A stretch of 64,000 nucleotides of DNA from Candidatus Micrarchaeota archaeon (GTDB lineage: Archaea > B1Sed10-29 > WALL01 > WAMD01). Every line of letters starts with the position of its first letter. Within the stretch, counting starts at the first letter, position 1. Of the stretch, positions 10,387 through 19,385 are shown piece after piece. The position numbers and the translations under genes were made by a program. The DNA lies in the NCBI GenBank assembly GCA_964652335.1, contig CAZZDL010000001.1, positions 89,216-153,215 on the forward strand, written 5' to 3'. The notes beneath the pieces were generated by a model. That model was given only the letters and a program-made list of their open reading frames with translations, had not been told where the DNA came from and did not search any database.

Positions 10387-13023
10387 ATGAAATGGATATA
10401 CTTTTTTGAAGAGGGAAGTAAGGACCTGAAATTCTTGCTAGGTGGAAAAGGAGCAAATTTAGCTGAAATGAAGAATTTGGGCTTACCAGTTCCAGAAGGA
10501 TTTACCATAGTAACCAAGGCTTGCCTGGAGTATATACGAACAGGAGACTGGCCAAAGAATGTGAAATCCCAATTATACAAATCCATGAAAAAATTAGAGA
10601 AAAAAACTAAGAAGAAGTTTGGAGATCCAGAGAGACCATTATTGGTTTCTGTTAGATCTGGAGCGCCTGTCTCAATGCCTGGGATGATGGATACAATTCT
10701 TAATTTGGGTCTGAACGATGAAGTGGTTGGTGGACTAGCCAAATTAACAAATAATCCAAGGTTCGCGTATGATGCGTACAGGCGGTTAATACAGATGTTC
10801 GGAAATGTTGTTTTGGATATACCTCACGAGGAGTTTGAGGAAACGCTTGCAAAATACAAGAAGAAGATAGGAGTGAAGTATGATTATGAGCTTGATGTTG
10901 ATACATTAAAGGCATTGATAAAAGAGTACAAGAAGATAGTAAAGGAGTTCCATAAACCAGGATTCCCTCAAGACCCATGGAAACAGCTGGAGATGGCAGT
11001 GGAGGCAGTATGGAGATCATGGAATAATCCAAGGGCAATAGTCTACAGAAAAGCGAACAACATACCAGATGACATGGGGACAGCTGTTAACATTGTTGAA
11101 ATGGTATTCGGTAACATGGGGGAGGATAGTGGAACAGGCGTCTTGTTCACGAGAAACCCATCCACAGGTGAGAAGAAGATATATGGAGAGTTTTTGATAA
11201 ATGCGCAGGGTGAGGATGTAGTTGCAGGTATAAGGACACCACAGGACATAAGTCAGTTGGAAAAGGTCATGCCGAAGATAGCAAGGCAGTTGAAGAAAGT
11301 AGCTAAACTTCTGGAAAAGCATTACAGGGATATGCAAGACATAGAGTTTACGGTTGAAAAGGGTAAGCTGTACATACTGCAAACAAGAACAGGAAAGAGA
11401 ACCCCGCAAGCAGCGATAAGGATAGCTGTTGACATGGTGAAGGAGAAGCTAATAACAAAGAAAGAAGCCGTCATGAGAGTGGATCCAGAAGGATTGACAA
11501 AACTCTTGCACCCAAGGATTGACTATTCCTCTAATCCAAAGATAATTGCAAAAGGACTTCCAGCATCCCCAGGAGCAGCAGTCGGTAAGGTTGTTTTTGA
11601 TTCAAATGAGGCGAAGGAACTTGGCGATGCAGGTGAAAGGGTAATCTTAGTTAGACCAGAGACAACACCAGATGATGTTCATGGAATTATAGCTTCAAAA
11701 GGCATTCTTACATCTAGAGGTGGAATGACATCACACGCGGCTGTTGTAGCTAGAGGAATGGGCAAGCCTGCAGTGGTTGGATGTGACGATATAATCATAG
11801 ACTTGGAGAATGAGAGATTTGTTGTTGGGGAGTATCTAGTCAAGAAGGGAGATATTATAACAATAGATGGGGCTACAGGTAATGTTATATTAGGAGAGGC
11901 AAAGGTCTTGCCTCCTGGAGTTTCAAAGGAAATGGACCAGCTGCTCAAATGGGCAGATGGGTTCAAGAGGCTAAAGGTAAAGGCGAATGCAGACTTGCCT
12001 GGAGATGCTAAAACTGCCAGGGAATTCGGAGCTGAAGGGATTGGGCTTTGTAGAACAGAACACATGTTCCTTGGTCCAGATAGATTACCGATAGTCCAAG
12101 AGATGATTTTGGCGACGTCAGATACAGAGAAGAGAAATGCGTTAAGGAAATTGCTTAGAAGGCAAGTGAAGGACTTTGTTAAATTGCTAGAAGTCATGGA
12201 TGGTTTACCTGTTACAATTAGACTTTTAGACCCACCTTTGCATGAATTCCTACCAGATATAACAGACCTAGAAGTAAAACTGGTGGAACTAAAGCTAAGT
12301 CATGGTGATCCAGAGGAGATAAGAAAGCTAGAAGAACTTACAGCAAAGGTTAAGCAATTGAGAGAAGCGAATCCAATGCTTGGTCATAGAGGATGTAGGC
12401 TTGGAATAACGATGCCTGAGTTGTATAGGATGCAGGTTAGAGCAATAGCAAAAGCCACGGCTGAGCTAAAGAAGAAAGGGAAAGATCCGAGGCCAGAGAT
12501 AGAAATCCCGCTTGTAGCATTTGCAGAAGAGGTTGATTATCTAAAGAAAGAGATCCTTGATGAGCTTGACAAGGTTTCAAATGAAGAGGGAATCAGATTA
12601 AAGATAAAAGTAGGGACAATGATTGAGCTACCTAGAGCCGCCATAATTGCTGGAAAGCTTGGAGAAAGAATTGACTTTATGAGCTTTGGGACAAATGACT
12701 TAACACAAACAACTCTTGGGTTCTCTAGAGATGACGCAGGAAAGTTTATTCCTGAGTACATTGAAAAGGGGATATTGAAGTTTGATCCATTCCAGGTCAT
12801 AGACACTGAAGGGGTTGGATTCTTGATGAAGCATTGTCTAGAGAATGCGAAGAAGGCGAATCCAAAAATAGAAATAGGTATATGTGGTGAACAGGGAGGA
12901 GAACCAAAGAGCGTTGATTTTTGCCATAGAATTGGTTTGGACTATGTCTCTTGTTCACCATTTAGGATTCCAGTTGCCAGGCTAGCTGCAGCCCAGGCAG
13001 CCATAAGAGAGGAGAAGAAGTGA
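10387..13023 (+). CDS. ppdK: pyruvate, phosphate dikinase
   Basis: 878 aa; N-terminus MKWIYFFEEG...GGKGANLAEM; swivel His GGMTSHAAVVARGMGKPAVVG; C-terminal PEP-binding barrel with CGEQGGEP. Confidence 0.9.
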   Translation: MKWIYFFEEGSKDLKFLLGGKGANLAEMKNLGLPVPEGFTIVTKACLEYIRTGDWPKNVKSQLYKSMKKLEKKTKKKFGDPERPLLVSVRSGAPVSMPGMMDTILNLGLNDEVVGGLAKLTNNPRFAYDAYRRLIQMFGNVVLDIPHEEFEETLAKYKKKIGVKYDYELDVDTLKALIKEYKKIVKEFHKPGFPQDPWKQLEMAVEAVWRSWNNPRAIVYRKANNIPDDMGTAVNIVEMVFGNMGEDSGTGVLFTRNPSTGEKKIYGEFLINAQGEDVVAGIRTPQDISQLEKVMPKIARQLKKVAKLLEKHYRDMQDIEFTVEKGKLYILQTRTGKRTPQAAIRIAVDMVKEKLITKKEAVMRVDPEGLTKLLHPRIDYSSNPKIIAKGLPASPGAAVGKVVFDSNEAKELGDAGERVILVRPETTPDDVHGIIASKGILTSRGGMTSHAAVVARGMGKPAVVGCDDIIIDLENERFVVGEYLVKKGDIITIDGATGNVILGEAKVLPPGVSKEMDQLLKWADGFKRLKVKANADLPGDAKTAREFGAEGIGLCRTEHMFLGPDRLPIVQEMILATSDTEKRNALRKLLRRQVKDFVKLLEVMDGLPVTIRLLDPPLHEFLPDITDLEVKLVELKLSHGDPEEIRKLEELTAKVKQLREANPMLGHRGCRLGITMPELYRMQVRAIAKATAELKKKGKDPRPEIEIPLVAFAEEVDYLKKEILDELDKVSNEEGIRLKIKVGTMIELPRAAIIAGKLGERIDFMSFGTNDLTQTTLGFSRDDAGKFIPEYIEKGILKFDPFQVIDTEGVGFLMKHCLENAKKANPKIEIGICGEQGGEPKSVDFCHRIGLDYVSCSPFRIPVARLAAAQAAIREEKK

Positions 13024-13024
13024 C

Positions 13025-15373
13025 TCACTCACTACCAGAGCTAATTAACGTCACTCTAGTCGGCTCGTTTGCAGATTTATCTCTTTCAAACCGATAGAGA
13101 GTCCCAGAGACAGCCCTTTCCATTTCATCGTCGTGCGTAATTATAAATATCTGTTCTACTAGACCTGGAAGGTGGTCCTTTAGAGTTAATGCAAGAGTTT
13201 TCACACCCTCTTTATCAAGATTATGTGTGGGTTCGTCTAGTATTAACCAGCTCAGTTTTTGAGTTAGTACCAACGCAAAGGCCACCCTCAAGGCCAAAGC
13301 AGCAGAACTTCTTTCCCCACCAGATGCTATTCCCTCAACATTGACCCATTCCCCATCATTCCTTTGCAGTTCCAGCACATAGTCCTTTTCAGCCACGTTT
13401 AACCTAAGAGATTGATAATCCTCATATGGGTATATTCTTGGCCATATGTCTGCCAAAGCAGCATTCACAGTATCTACGAATTCCTCTCTAAGTTTTAGCT
13501 GACTTGTCTCAAGCGCTGTGGCCAGGATAGCTAGGGATTTTGATATATCCTCAAATATTTTTATCTCTTCCTCCAATTTCCTTCTCCATTCTAGCTTGTC
13601 CTCTAACTCTTTGATTAACCTCTCCTTTTCCCTCACTATTTCAAATTTCCCGGCTAGTTTTGCCTTGATAGAGGAGAGATCTGAGTTTAGTTTTATGTAT
13701 TTTTCCTTTACCCTTTCGTATTCGGATTCATCAAATTTTATTTTATCCAAGTTCTCTTTTAGCTTTGATATCTCAGAATTTATCTTCTCTATTTTTTCCA
13801 GAGTGTTTTTCAGCTCTGTTTTCATTTCGTCTATTTTTCTCAGCTCATTTACCTTCTCGGTAAGCAGCTTTACCTGATCCATCTTAGTCTTTTTCTCCTC
13901 TCTGAGCTTGTTTATTTTATCCTCAATTTCCTTGACTTCATTTGCCAATTGCTCTTCATTCTCAATCTTTATCTCTCTAATCTCTTTTTCAATGTTCTCA
14001 ACGCCTTTCTCAGCCACAAGAATGTCTCTTATGATCCTCTCAATATCCATCTTTTTCCTTTTTCCTTCGTTTATCTTTTCCCTTACTAATTTGATTTCAC
14101 CTTTTGCTTTCTTAATTCCATCTTTGGCATCCATTAATAATTTCACCCTTTTTTCATTAGGTAGATCGGATTCACAAACAGGACATACTCCTTCAGCCTT
14201 TGAAAGAGATCGCTCCCTGTCCTCAAGTTTGTTTATCAATCCGATGAGGTTTGTCAATCTGTCATTCAACTCTTCTAATTCTTTATCTGCCTTTTCAAGT
14301 TCTTTATTCCATTTCTCTTTCTCTTTAATCTTTTCTTTGAGAGAAATAAGTCTTTTTTCCAGCTCTTCCTTCCTCTTTTTTGAGCTTCTTGTTTTCTCCA
14401 ATTTTGTGGCGAGGTCTAGTTTAATATTGGATAACTCGTTGATGCTGTTGTCTATTTCTTTTATGTTGTTCTCAATATCCTGAAGAGATGCCTCTGCTTT
14501 CTCAAGCTCTGGAGCTATATCTATTTCAATATATTTACCTAGCTTTGTTACCATATTTGATTTCCTAGCGTTTAGCAACTCCAATTCTCCGCTCATTTTT
14601 TCAATTTTCCTCAAGTTTTCTTCCCTAGCAATTCTTTTCTTTTCAAGTTCATCTTTTTCCCTCCTAGTTTTGTCTAGTTCTGTTTCAATCGATTTTACTT
14701 CTACCTCTAGGCTGGCTATCTCCTTTTTAGTATTTTCTATTTCAGATTTGATCTTTTCTATGTTAGATCTTATTTCCTCTATCCTCATACCTTCAATCTC
14801 TTTCTTTCTGTCTTTGATTCTATCCTTCACCCGGTTTAGTGCAGAGACTAAGTTTTTCCTAGCGTCTTCAAATTTGTCTATCCCAAGCAGTTCATCTATT
14901 TTCTGTTTTCTTTTACCGGCAGGAATTTGAAGGAAGTAGTCTATCTGGTTCTGTTCGGAGTATATTGCTTTAGAGAATAAGTCGTAGTTCATTCCTATTA
15001 TCTTTGTAACACTTTCATTTACTCTGGAGATTATGGCCTCTTTTAACTTTCCTTCCTCAAACAGTTCTGCCTTGCTAGTCCCTTTTCCCCTTGTTATCTC
15101 TCTTATTATCCTATACTCTTTCCCATCCACTTCTAGATCTAGCTCTATTCTAGCTTTGTTCTTCACCTCAGGCTTATTCATTATGTAATCCTCAAGTTTC
15201 ACCTTCCTTGACTGAACGTTTGGAAATGTCCCAAATAAAGCAAAACATATAGCATCCATAACTGAAGATTTACCAGAGCCCATTCTCCCAACTAGGACAT
15301 TAGTCCCTTTAGAAAAGACCAGTTCTGATCTTTGGTGGGATCTCCAGTTCTCTAATAGGATTCGCTTAATCAT
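13025..15373 (-). CDS. rad50: Rad50-family DNA double-strand-break repair ATPase (solo; no adjacent mre11)
   Basis: Walker A GRMGSGKSS, central zinc hook CPVC, long K/E-rich coiled coils, signature SGGERS, Walker B LILDEPTHNLD. Confidence 0.8.
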   Translation of the reverse strand: MIKRILLENWRSHQRSELVFSKGTNVLVGRMGSGKSSVMDAICFALFGTFPNVQSRKVKLEDYIMNKPEVKNKARIELDLEVDGKEYRIIREITRGKGTSKAELFEEGKLKEAIISRVNESVTKIIGMNYDLFSKAIYSEQNQIDYFLQIPAGKRKQKIDELLGIDKFEDARKNLVSALNRVKDRIKDRKKEIEGMRIEEIRSNIEKIKSEIENTKKEIASLEVEVKSIETELDKTRREKDELEKKRIAREENLRKIEKMSGELELLNARKSNMVTKLGKYIEIDIAPELEKAEASLQDIENNIKEIDNSINELSNIKLDLATKLEKTRSSKKRKEELEKRLISLKEKIKEKEKWNKELEKADKELEELNDRLTNLIGLINKLEDRERSLSKAEGVCPVCESDLPNEKRVKLLMDAKDGIKKAKGEIKLVREKINEGKRKKMDIERIIRDILVAEKGVENIEKEIREIKIENEEQLANEVKEIEDKINKLREEKKTKMDQVKLLTEKVNELRKIDEMKTELKNTLEKIEKINSEISKLKENLDKIKFDESEYERVKEKYIKLNSDLSSIKAKLAGKFEIVREKERLIKELEDKLEWRRKLEEEIKIFEDISKSLAILATALETSQLKLREEFVDTVNAALADIWPRIYPYEDYQSLRLNVAEKDYVLELQRNDGEWVNVEGIASGGERSSAALALRVAFALVLTQKLSWLILDEPTHNLDKEGVKTLALTLKDHLPGLVEQIFIITHDDEMERAVSGTLYRFERDKSANEPTRVTLISSGSE

Positions 15374-15464
15374 TGCCTAATTTTTTGTTTGTTTGTGTTA
15401 TAATTATTTCCGGTTATGGTTATAAACAGGAAGAATCATTAAACTAAAGGACAAAGGTGGTTAT

Positions 15465-17924
15465 ATGAAGAGAAAGCTCAAAAAAGATGATAATAAGGGA
15501 ATATCCCCCATTGTTTCCGTCGTCCTGTTGATTGCTATTGCAGTCATAGCCGCGGTTAGCATTTATTTCTGGTCCGCAGGCCTAGTCACAAAGCAACCGA
15601 CGCCTGAGGGCCCAATCCCAATAACTGCTGTTCCTTTGGACAATCAAGGCCATGTGGCTGTTGCAAACCTTGGTAACAAGCCATTGACACTTAGCAAGTT
15701 AAACTCTACTGCGGGTGTTGAGTGTGACTTTGGTGGGACCGTCACAATCCAGCCTGGAGGGCAGGCTATTTGTACTATTCCTCCAAAGTCTGGGAAGATT
15801 GTTTTGTGGGGTTCTGGGACAGGTTCAACAGAGATAGAGCTTTCTGGTGTTGCAGAGGTAACTGTTACGAGCTCGCCTGGGTTTTCCACTTCATCCGTTA
15901 CTCAGGCAACTGAAGAGGACTTTGAAGAGGGAGCGTTCACAAATACAAGCACAGGATCAGACGAAGTCACATTAAAGGAACAATCCGTGGTGAGCATCGC
16001 CGACGTAACAGATTCAGGCTTTTTTGGAGGAGGGAGTGACAGTCATTTACCAAACGCAGGTTATCCTGGAGGTCTAGCTGTAGGAGACATAAACGACGAT
16101 GGGAAAAAAGACATTATTATCTCCTCCCCAGGATCATATTCAAACGATGGTAGGGTTTACATATTCTTTGACATAGAGAATACTCAATGGGATCATGGCA
16201 TAGGTTATGCTAACATTACAATATATGGAGCCACTGATGGAGTTATTACTGGTCCGAGTGGGGTCTTGGGAGACATAAACAATGATGGGAAGGATGATCT
16301 GATTATAGGAGAACTTTGTGATACTTCATCTTGTGACGGTAAGGTTTTCATAGTGTATGGTCCATTATCTCCTGGTAGTTACAATATAAAGTATATAGCT
16401 AATGCAACGATATCTGGAGGACAATATTCCAACCTTGGTTACGGAATATTCGTTTATGATATAAACAAGGATGGAAAGATGGATTTCATGGTCGGCGCAT
16501 CTAATGAATCAGGAGGGAACGGTAGTTATTATTTAGTATATGGGAACAGCTATTCAGGCAACTATAACATCACAGATGTTTACTCAGCTAAGATAACAGG
16601 GAATCAATCCAGTGAGCATGTGGGGTATGGACCAGTAGCATTTGGAGATGCAAACGGAGATGGAAAAGTAGATATTTTGATAGGTTCTCCTTATTACGAT
16701 GTAGAAACAGGTTTAGCGTATGATAATCCATATGATGGTAGGGCTGTATTGTTCTATGGGCCCATCTCTGGTAACCTCAGCATGAGCTCAGGGAATGTTA
16801 CTATCTATGGTAGAAGGATGTATGATTACCTTGGTTGGGACGTTGCTCTGTATGATATAAACAAAGACGGCAAAGACGATCTTATTATCTCTTCTCCAGG
16901 GTATGATCTATATGGTCCAGCTGCTGGCACTTGGAAGGATAGAGGTGCTGTTGCAGTCTTTTTCTCTCCAGCATCTTCAGGAACGTTCCAGTTCAATGAT
17001 ACACTGGATGCACATGGCAAATGTACATTTTCTACGAATGCGGATATGGCATTCACCTTTGACAACTCCACAGATCAGAAATTTGGAAGTGCAATAGGAA
17101 TAGGTGACTTCAAAGGAAATGGAGATATTGATATTGTTATAGGAGCAAAGGATATCAATAGAGCTTTTGTATATTATGACATTGAACCCACTAATGAAAT
17201 ATATGCTCAGGCTTATGGTATCGAAAGATATTGCTCAGGAGCCGATGTTACTCTTACGATTCCGTGGGATACAAGCGCATCTCTTGGAAGTTCCATATTG
17301 ACTAAGGACGTTAACAGTGATAACAAATACGACCTATTAATTGGATCTCCTGGTTACCATGGTGATGAGGGAAGAGTGGATATTCTATCAGGCAGTTTTC
17401 CATTTACACTGGCAAGCGATCATGGGAAATATTACTCAAAGGTCTTTGACTTAAATCATCTCTCTAATCTGACATATGTCACATGGACGTCAGATGAGCC
17501 AACTGGAACAGACCTAACTATAGAGCTGAGAATAGGGAATGCATCTGACGTAGATAACTCCTCAGGGTATGACATCTTGAACGTAGCTGGAACGAACGTT
17601 TCTAAGGGAAGTATCTCGTTGGGACCTGGAACCAAAGCTCAATACATAGCTTACTTCAATACAAGCGATACATCAAAGACACCAGTCCTCTACGACATAC
17701 AGCTTACCTACAAACCGCTCTACACAAATGTAACCTATACAATAAACTACGCCTCTGGCTTAAAATGGGTTGCACTAAACAGGAGCGATGGGACATTGGT
17801 AGCCAATGAAACAGTGAGCAATTGCGATACATTCTACACGAATACTAAGGAGGTTTCCACAGCGTATAGTTATACAGTTATATACAAGGGATGCGATGGT
17901 CAGACAAAGACATATGCGGTTTAA
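15465..17924 (+). CDS. large secreted FG-GAP (integrin-alpha-like beta-propeller) repeat protein with an N-terminal archaeal class III (pilin-type) signal peptide
   Basis: N-terminus MKRKLKKDDNKG then ISPIVSVVLLIAIAVIAAV; repeated DINNDGKDDLIIG, GDANGDGKVDILIGSP and DINKDGKDDLIISSPGY motifs. Confidence 0.7.
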   Translation: MKRKLKKDDNKGISPIVSVVLLIAIAVIAAVSIYFWSAGLVTKQPTPEGPIPITAVPLDNQGHVAVANLGNKPLTLSKLNSTAGVECDFGGTVTIQPGGQAICTIPPKSGKIVLWGSGTGSTEIELSGVAEVTVTSSPGFSTSSVTQATEEDFEEGAFTNTSTGSDEVTLKEQSVVSIADVTDSGFFGGGSDSHLPNAGYPGGLAVGDINDDGKKDIIISSPGSYSNDGRVYIFFDIENTQWDHGIGYANITIYGATDGVITGPSGVLGDINNDGKDDLIIGELCDTSSCDGKVFIVYGPLSPGSYNIKYIANATISGGQYSNLGYGIFVYDINKDGKMDFMVGASNESGGNGSYYLVYGNSYSGNYNITDVYSAKITGNQSSEHVGYGPVAFGDANGDGKVDILIGSPYYDVETGLAYDNPYDGRAVLFYGPISGNLSMSSGNVTIYGRRMYDYLGWDVALYDINKDGKDDLIISSPGYDLYGPAAGTWKDRGAVAVFFSPASSGTFQFNDTLDAHGKCTFSTNADMAFTFDNSTDQKFGSAIGIGDFKGNGDIDIVIGAKDINRAFVYYDIEPTNEIYAQAYGIERYCSGADVTLTIPWDTSASLGSSILTKDVNSDNKYDLLIGSPGYHGDEGRVDILSGSFPFTLASDHGKYYSKVFDLNHLSNLTYVTWTSDEPTGTDLTIELRIGNASDVDNSSGYDILNVAGTNVSKGSISLGPGTKAQYIAYFNTSDTSKTPVLYDIQLTYKPLYTNVTYTINYASGLKWVALNRSDGTLVANETVSNCDTFYTNTKEVSTAYSYTVIYKGCDGQTKTYAV

Positions 17925-18338
17925 ATGAAGTTTATCTGCGATGCAATGCTCGGAAAGCTAGCTAGATGGCTCAGGATTATAGGATATGATACTATCCTGG
18001 CAGATAAGCAGAAGGATAGCGAGTTAGTTAGATTGGCCAAATCAGAAGATAGAGTTTTGCTGACCCTAGACAAATCAGTTCCAGGCGTACATCTTCCGTC
18101 CAGCGATCTTGAAGATCAACTAGTTTTTCTAGCAAAGGAATTGGGAATAGAGATCCCTGGGGAGCCAGTCCCTTTATTCTGTCCAGAGTGTAACGGAAGG
18201 CTGAAAGAGACAAAGGACAAGCTGCCAAAGTATGTGAATAAAGGATGGATCTGCACATCTTGTGGAAAAGTCTATTGGGAAGGATCGCATTGGAGAAGAA
18301 TTAGGGGATTCTTGAGCAGAGTTAGGAGGAGGTTATAG
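17925..18338 (+). CDS. Mut7-C RNase domain protein (DUF82) with C-terminal Zn-ribbon
   Basis: N-terminus FICDAMLGKLARWLRIIGYDT; C-terminal CPECNGR...CTSCGKVYW. Confidence 0.65.
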   Translation: MKFICDAMLGKLARWLRIIGYDTILADKQKDSELVRLAKSEDRVLLTLDKSVPGVHLPSSDLEDQLVFLAKELGIEIPGEPVPLFCPECNGRLKETKDKLPKYVNKGWICTSCGKVYWEGSHWRRIRGFLSRVRRRL

Positions 18339-18584
18339 CCTACCTAGGTCTATTACCTTGACATCAGAAACCTCTGGGATTTCAGCTAGCTTCTTCTCTA
18401 CGGCCTCAGTCCCACCTTCTTCATCCTTCACTACTACGGTTACCTTCAAAGCTTTTAATCCAAAGGCTATTGGCTCTTCCTCAATCTTTTCTGCCTTTAC
18501 AGCAGAGGCAACCTTTTCCTTCATTATCTCAAATTTTTCTGGATCTTCAGGCATGATTCTCATAACAGCAACTACTTCTCCCAT
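18333..18584 (-). CDS. ef1b: translation elongation factor 1-beta (aEF-1beta)
   Basis: 83 aa; IMPEDPE...EEPIAFGLKALKVTVVVKDEEGGTEAVE pattern. Confidence 0.8.
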   Translation of the reverse strand: MGEVVAVMRIMPEDPEKFEIMKEKVASAVKAEKIEEEPIAFGLKALKVTVVVKDEEGGTEAVEKKLAEIPEVSDVKVIDLGRL

Positions 18585-18593
18585 AAAAACACC

Positions 18594-18794
18594 TCATGGT
18601 CCTTGGAACCCACAGCTCGGGCAGGTCCATCTGACTGCCTTTGACCTGCATTCCAAGCATCTTATTATTGTCCTCCCGCAACTAGGGCACTTAAACTCTA
18701 CATATTCCTCTGTCTCCTTGTTGCATGATGTACATCTAACCACTTGCATACTCTCACCTATCCTGTTTGGCTCTATAATTTTAAATTGGGTCAT
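18594..18794 (-). CDS. Zn-ribbon protein (double CxxC); conserved EF-1beta neighbour in archaea
   Basis: CTSCN...CPSCG...CLEC...CPSCG; position next to ef1b. Confidence 0.6.
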   Translation of the reverse strand: MTQFKIIEPNRIGESMQVVRCTSCNKETEEYVEFKCPSCGRTIIRCLECRSKAVRWTCPSCGFQGP

Positions 18795-18814
18795 TTATAA
18801 ATCTAATGCCAAAT

Positions 18815-18887
18815 GCCCCAGTAGTCTAGCTGGATAGGATCAGGGGTTGCGGACCCCTGGACCCGGGTTCAAATCCCGGCTGGGGCA
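18815..18887 (+). tRNA. tRNA-Arg (anticodon GCG), CCA not encoded
   Basis: Acceptor GCCCCAG/CTGGGGC; T-arm CCGGG-TTCAAAT-CCCGG; anticodon stem AGGGG/CCCCT with loop TTGCGGA. Confidence 0.8.
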
Positions 18888-18900
18888 CTATGGGGCCTTG
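18878..18900. repeat. direct repeat copy 1 (GGCTGGGGCACTATGGGGCCTTG), spanning the tRNA 3' end plus 13 nt downstream
   Basis: exact 23-nt match with 18953-18975. Confidence 0.6.
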
Positions 18901-18952
18901 TGCCCCATGTGGGGTTATGAGTTTTCCCAAGGCTTTTTGTCAAAAGGCTTCT

Positions 18953-18975
18953 GGCTGGGGCACTATGGGGCCTTG
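18953..18975. repeat. direct repeat copy 2 of the tRNA 3' end (att-like remnant)
   Basis: exact 23-nt match with 18878-18900. Confidence 0.6.
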
Positions 18976-19023
18976 AAAGTAATATAGCTCACGCTAGTTA
19001 AATCTCTTTCGTTAATGTTCAGA

Positions 19024-19293
19024 TTAGAGCTTTTTAGATATCAATATATCAATCAGTGCTAGTCCAGCTATCACGAGATCTGTCTGCCAAGATCTCAGGA
19101 TAACTGGATTCACTAGAATCAAGAGCAAAATTACCAGCAATGAAAGATCAAGAGATACATGGACAAGCAACAGTACTATGTATCCTAGGGTGGAGGTTAC
19201 TGTGGAAGTTATTTGTTCTCCAACCTTTTCAGGCGGTCCTACTCCAGGTGGACCCAATCCATATTCCTTTTCTATATTCACCATTTCCCTCAC
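19024..19293 (-). CDS. small membrane protein (89 aa)
   Basis: two hydrophobic helices; ORF only. Confidence 0.35.
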   Translation of the reverse strand: MREMVNIEKEYGLGPPGVGPPEKVGEQITSTVTSTLGYIVLLLVHVSLDLSLLVILLLILVNPVILRSWQTDLVIAGLALIDILISKKL

Positions 19294-19385
19294 CTCCGTT
19301 TAATCTAATCTAGTTTTCTAGGATAAAAGACTTTTCTAAATTTTGCTTGATTAGGGTTTCAATATTAGGCAATTTTACAGCGTAA

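Noticed and set aside
10353-12806. Several 89-172-aa minus-strand ORFs inside ppdK (10353-10742, 10700-11038, 11017-11409, 11679-12197, 12537-12806)
   Set aside because: They are antisense to a highly conserved, full-length pyruvate phosphate dikinase and have low-complexity composition. They are shadow ORFs.
13518-14930. Plus-strand ORFs of 86-191 aa rich in Ser, Phe, Leu and Ile (13518-13877, 13908-14483, 14670-14930)
   Set aside because: They lie antisense to the K/E-rich coiled-coil region of rad50. The low-complexity composition is the mirror of AAG/GAA-rich codons. They are not independent genes.
18815-19023. An integrated mobile element at the tRNA-Arg
   Set aside because: Only 52 bp separate the duplicated 23-mers. 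No integrase or cargo gene follows (next is a small membrane protein and an Lrp-like regulator). It is treated as an att-like scar only.
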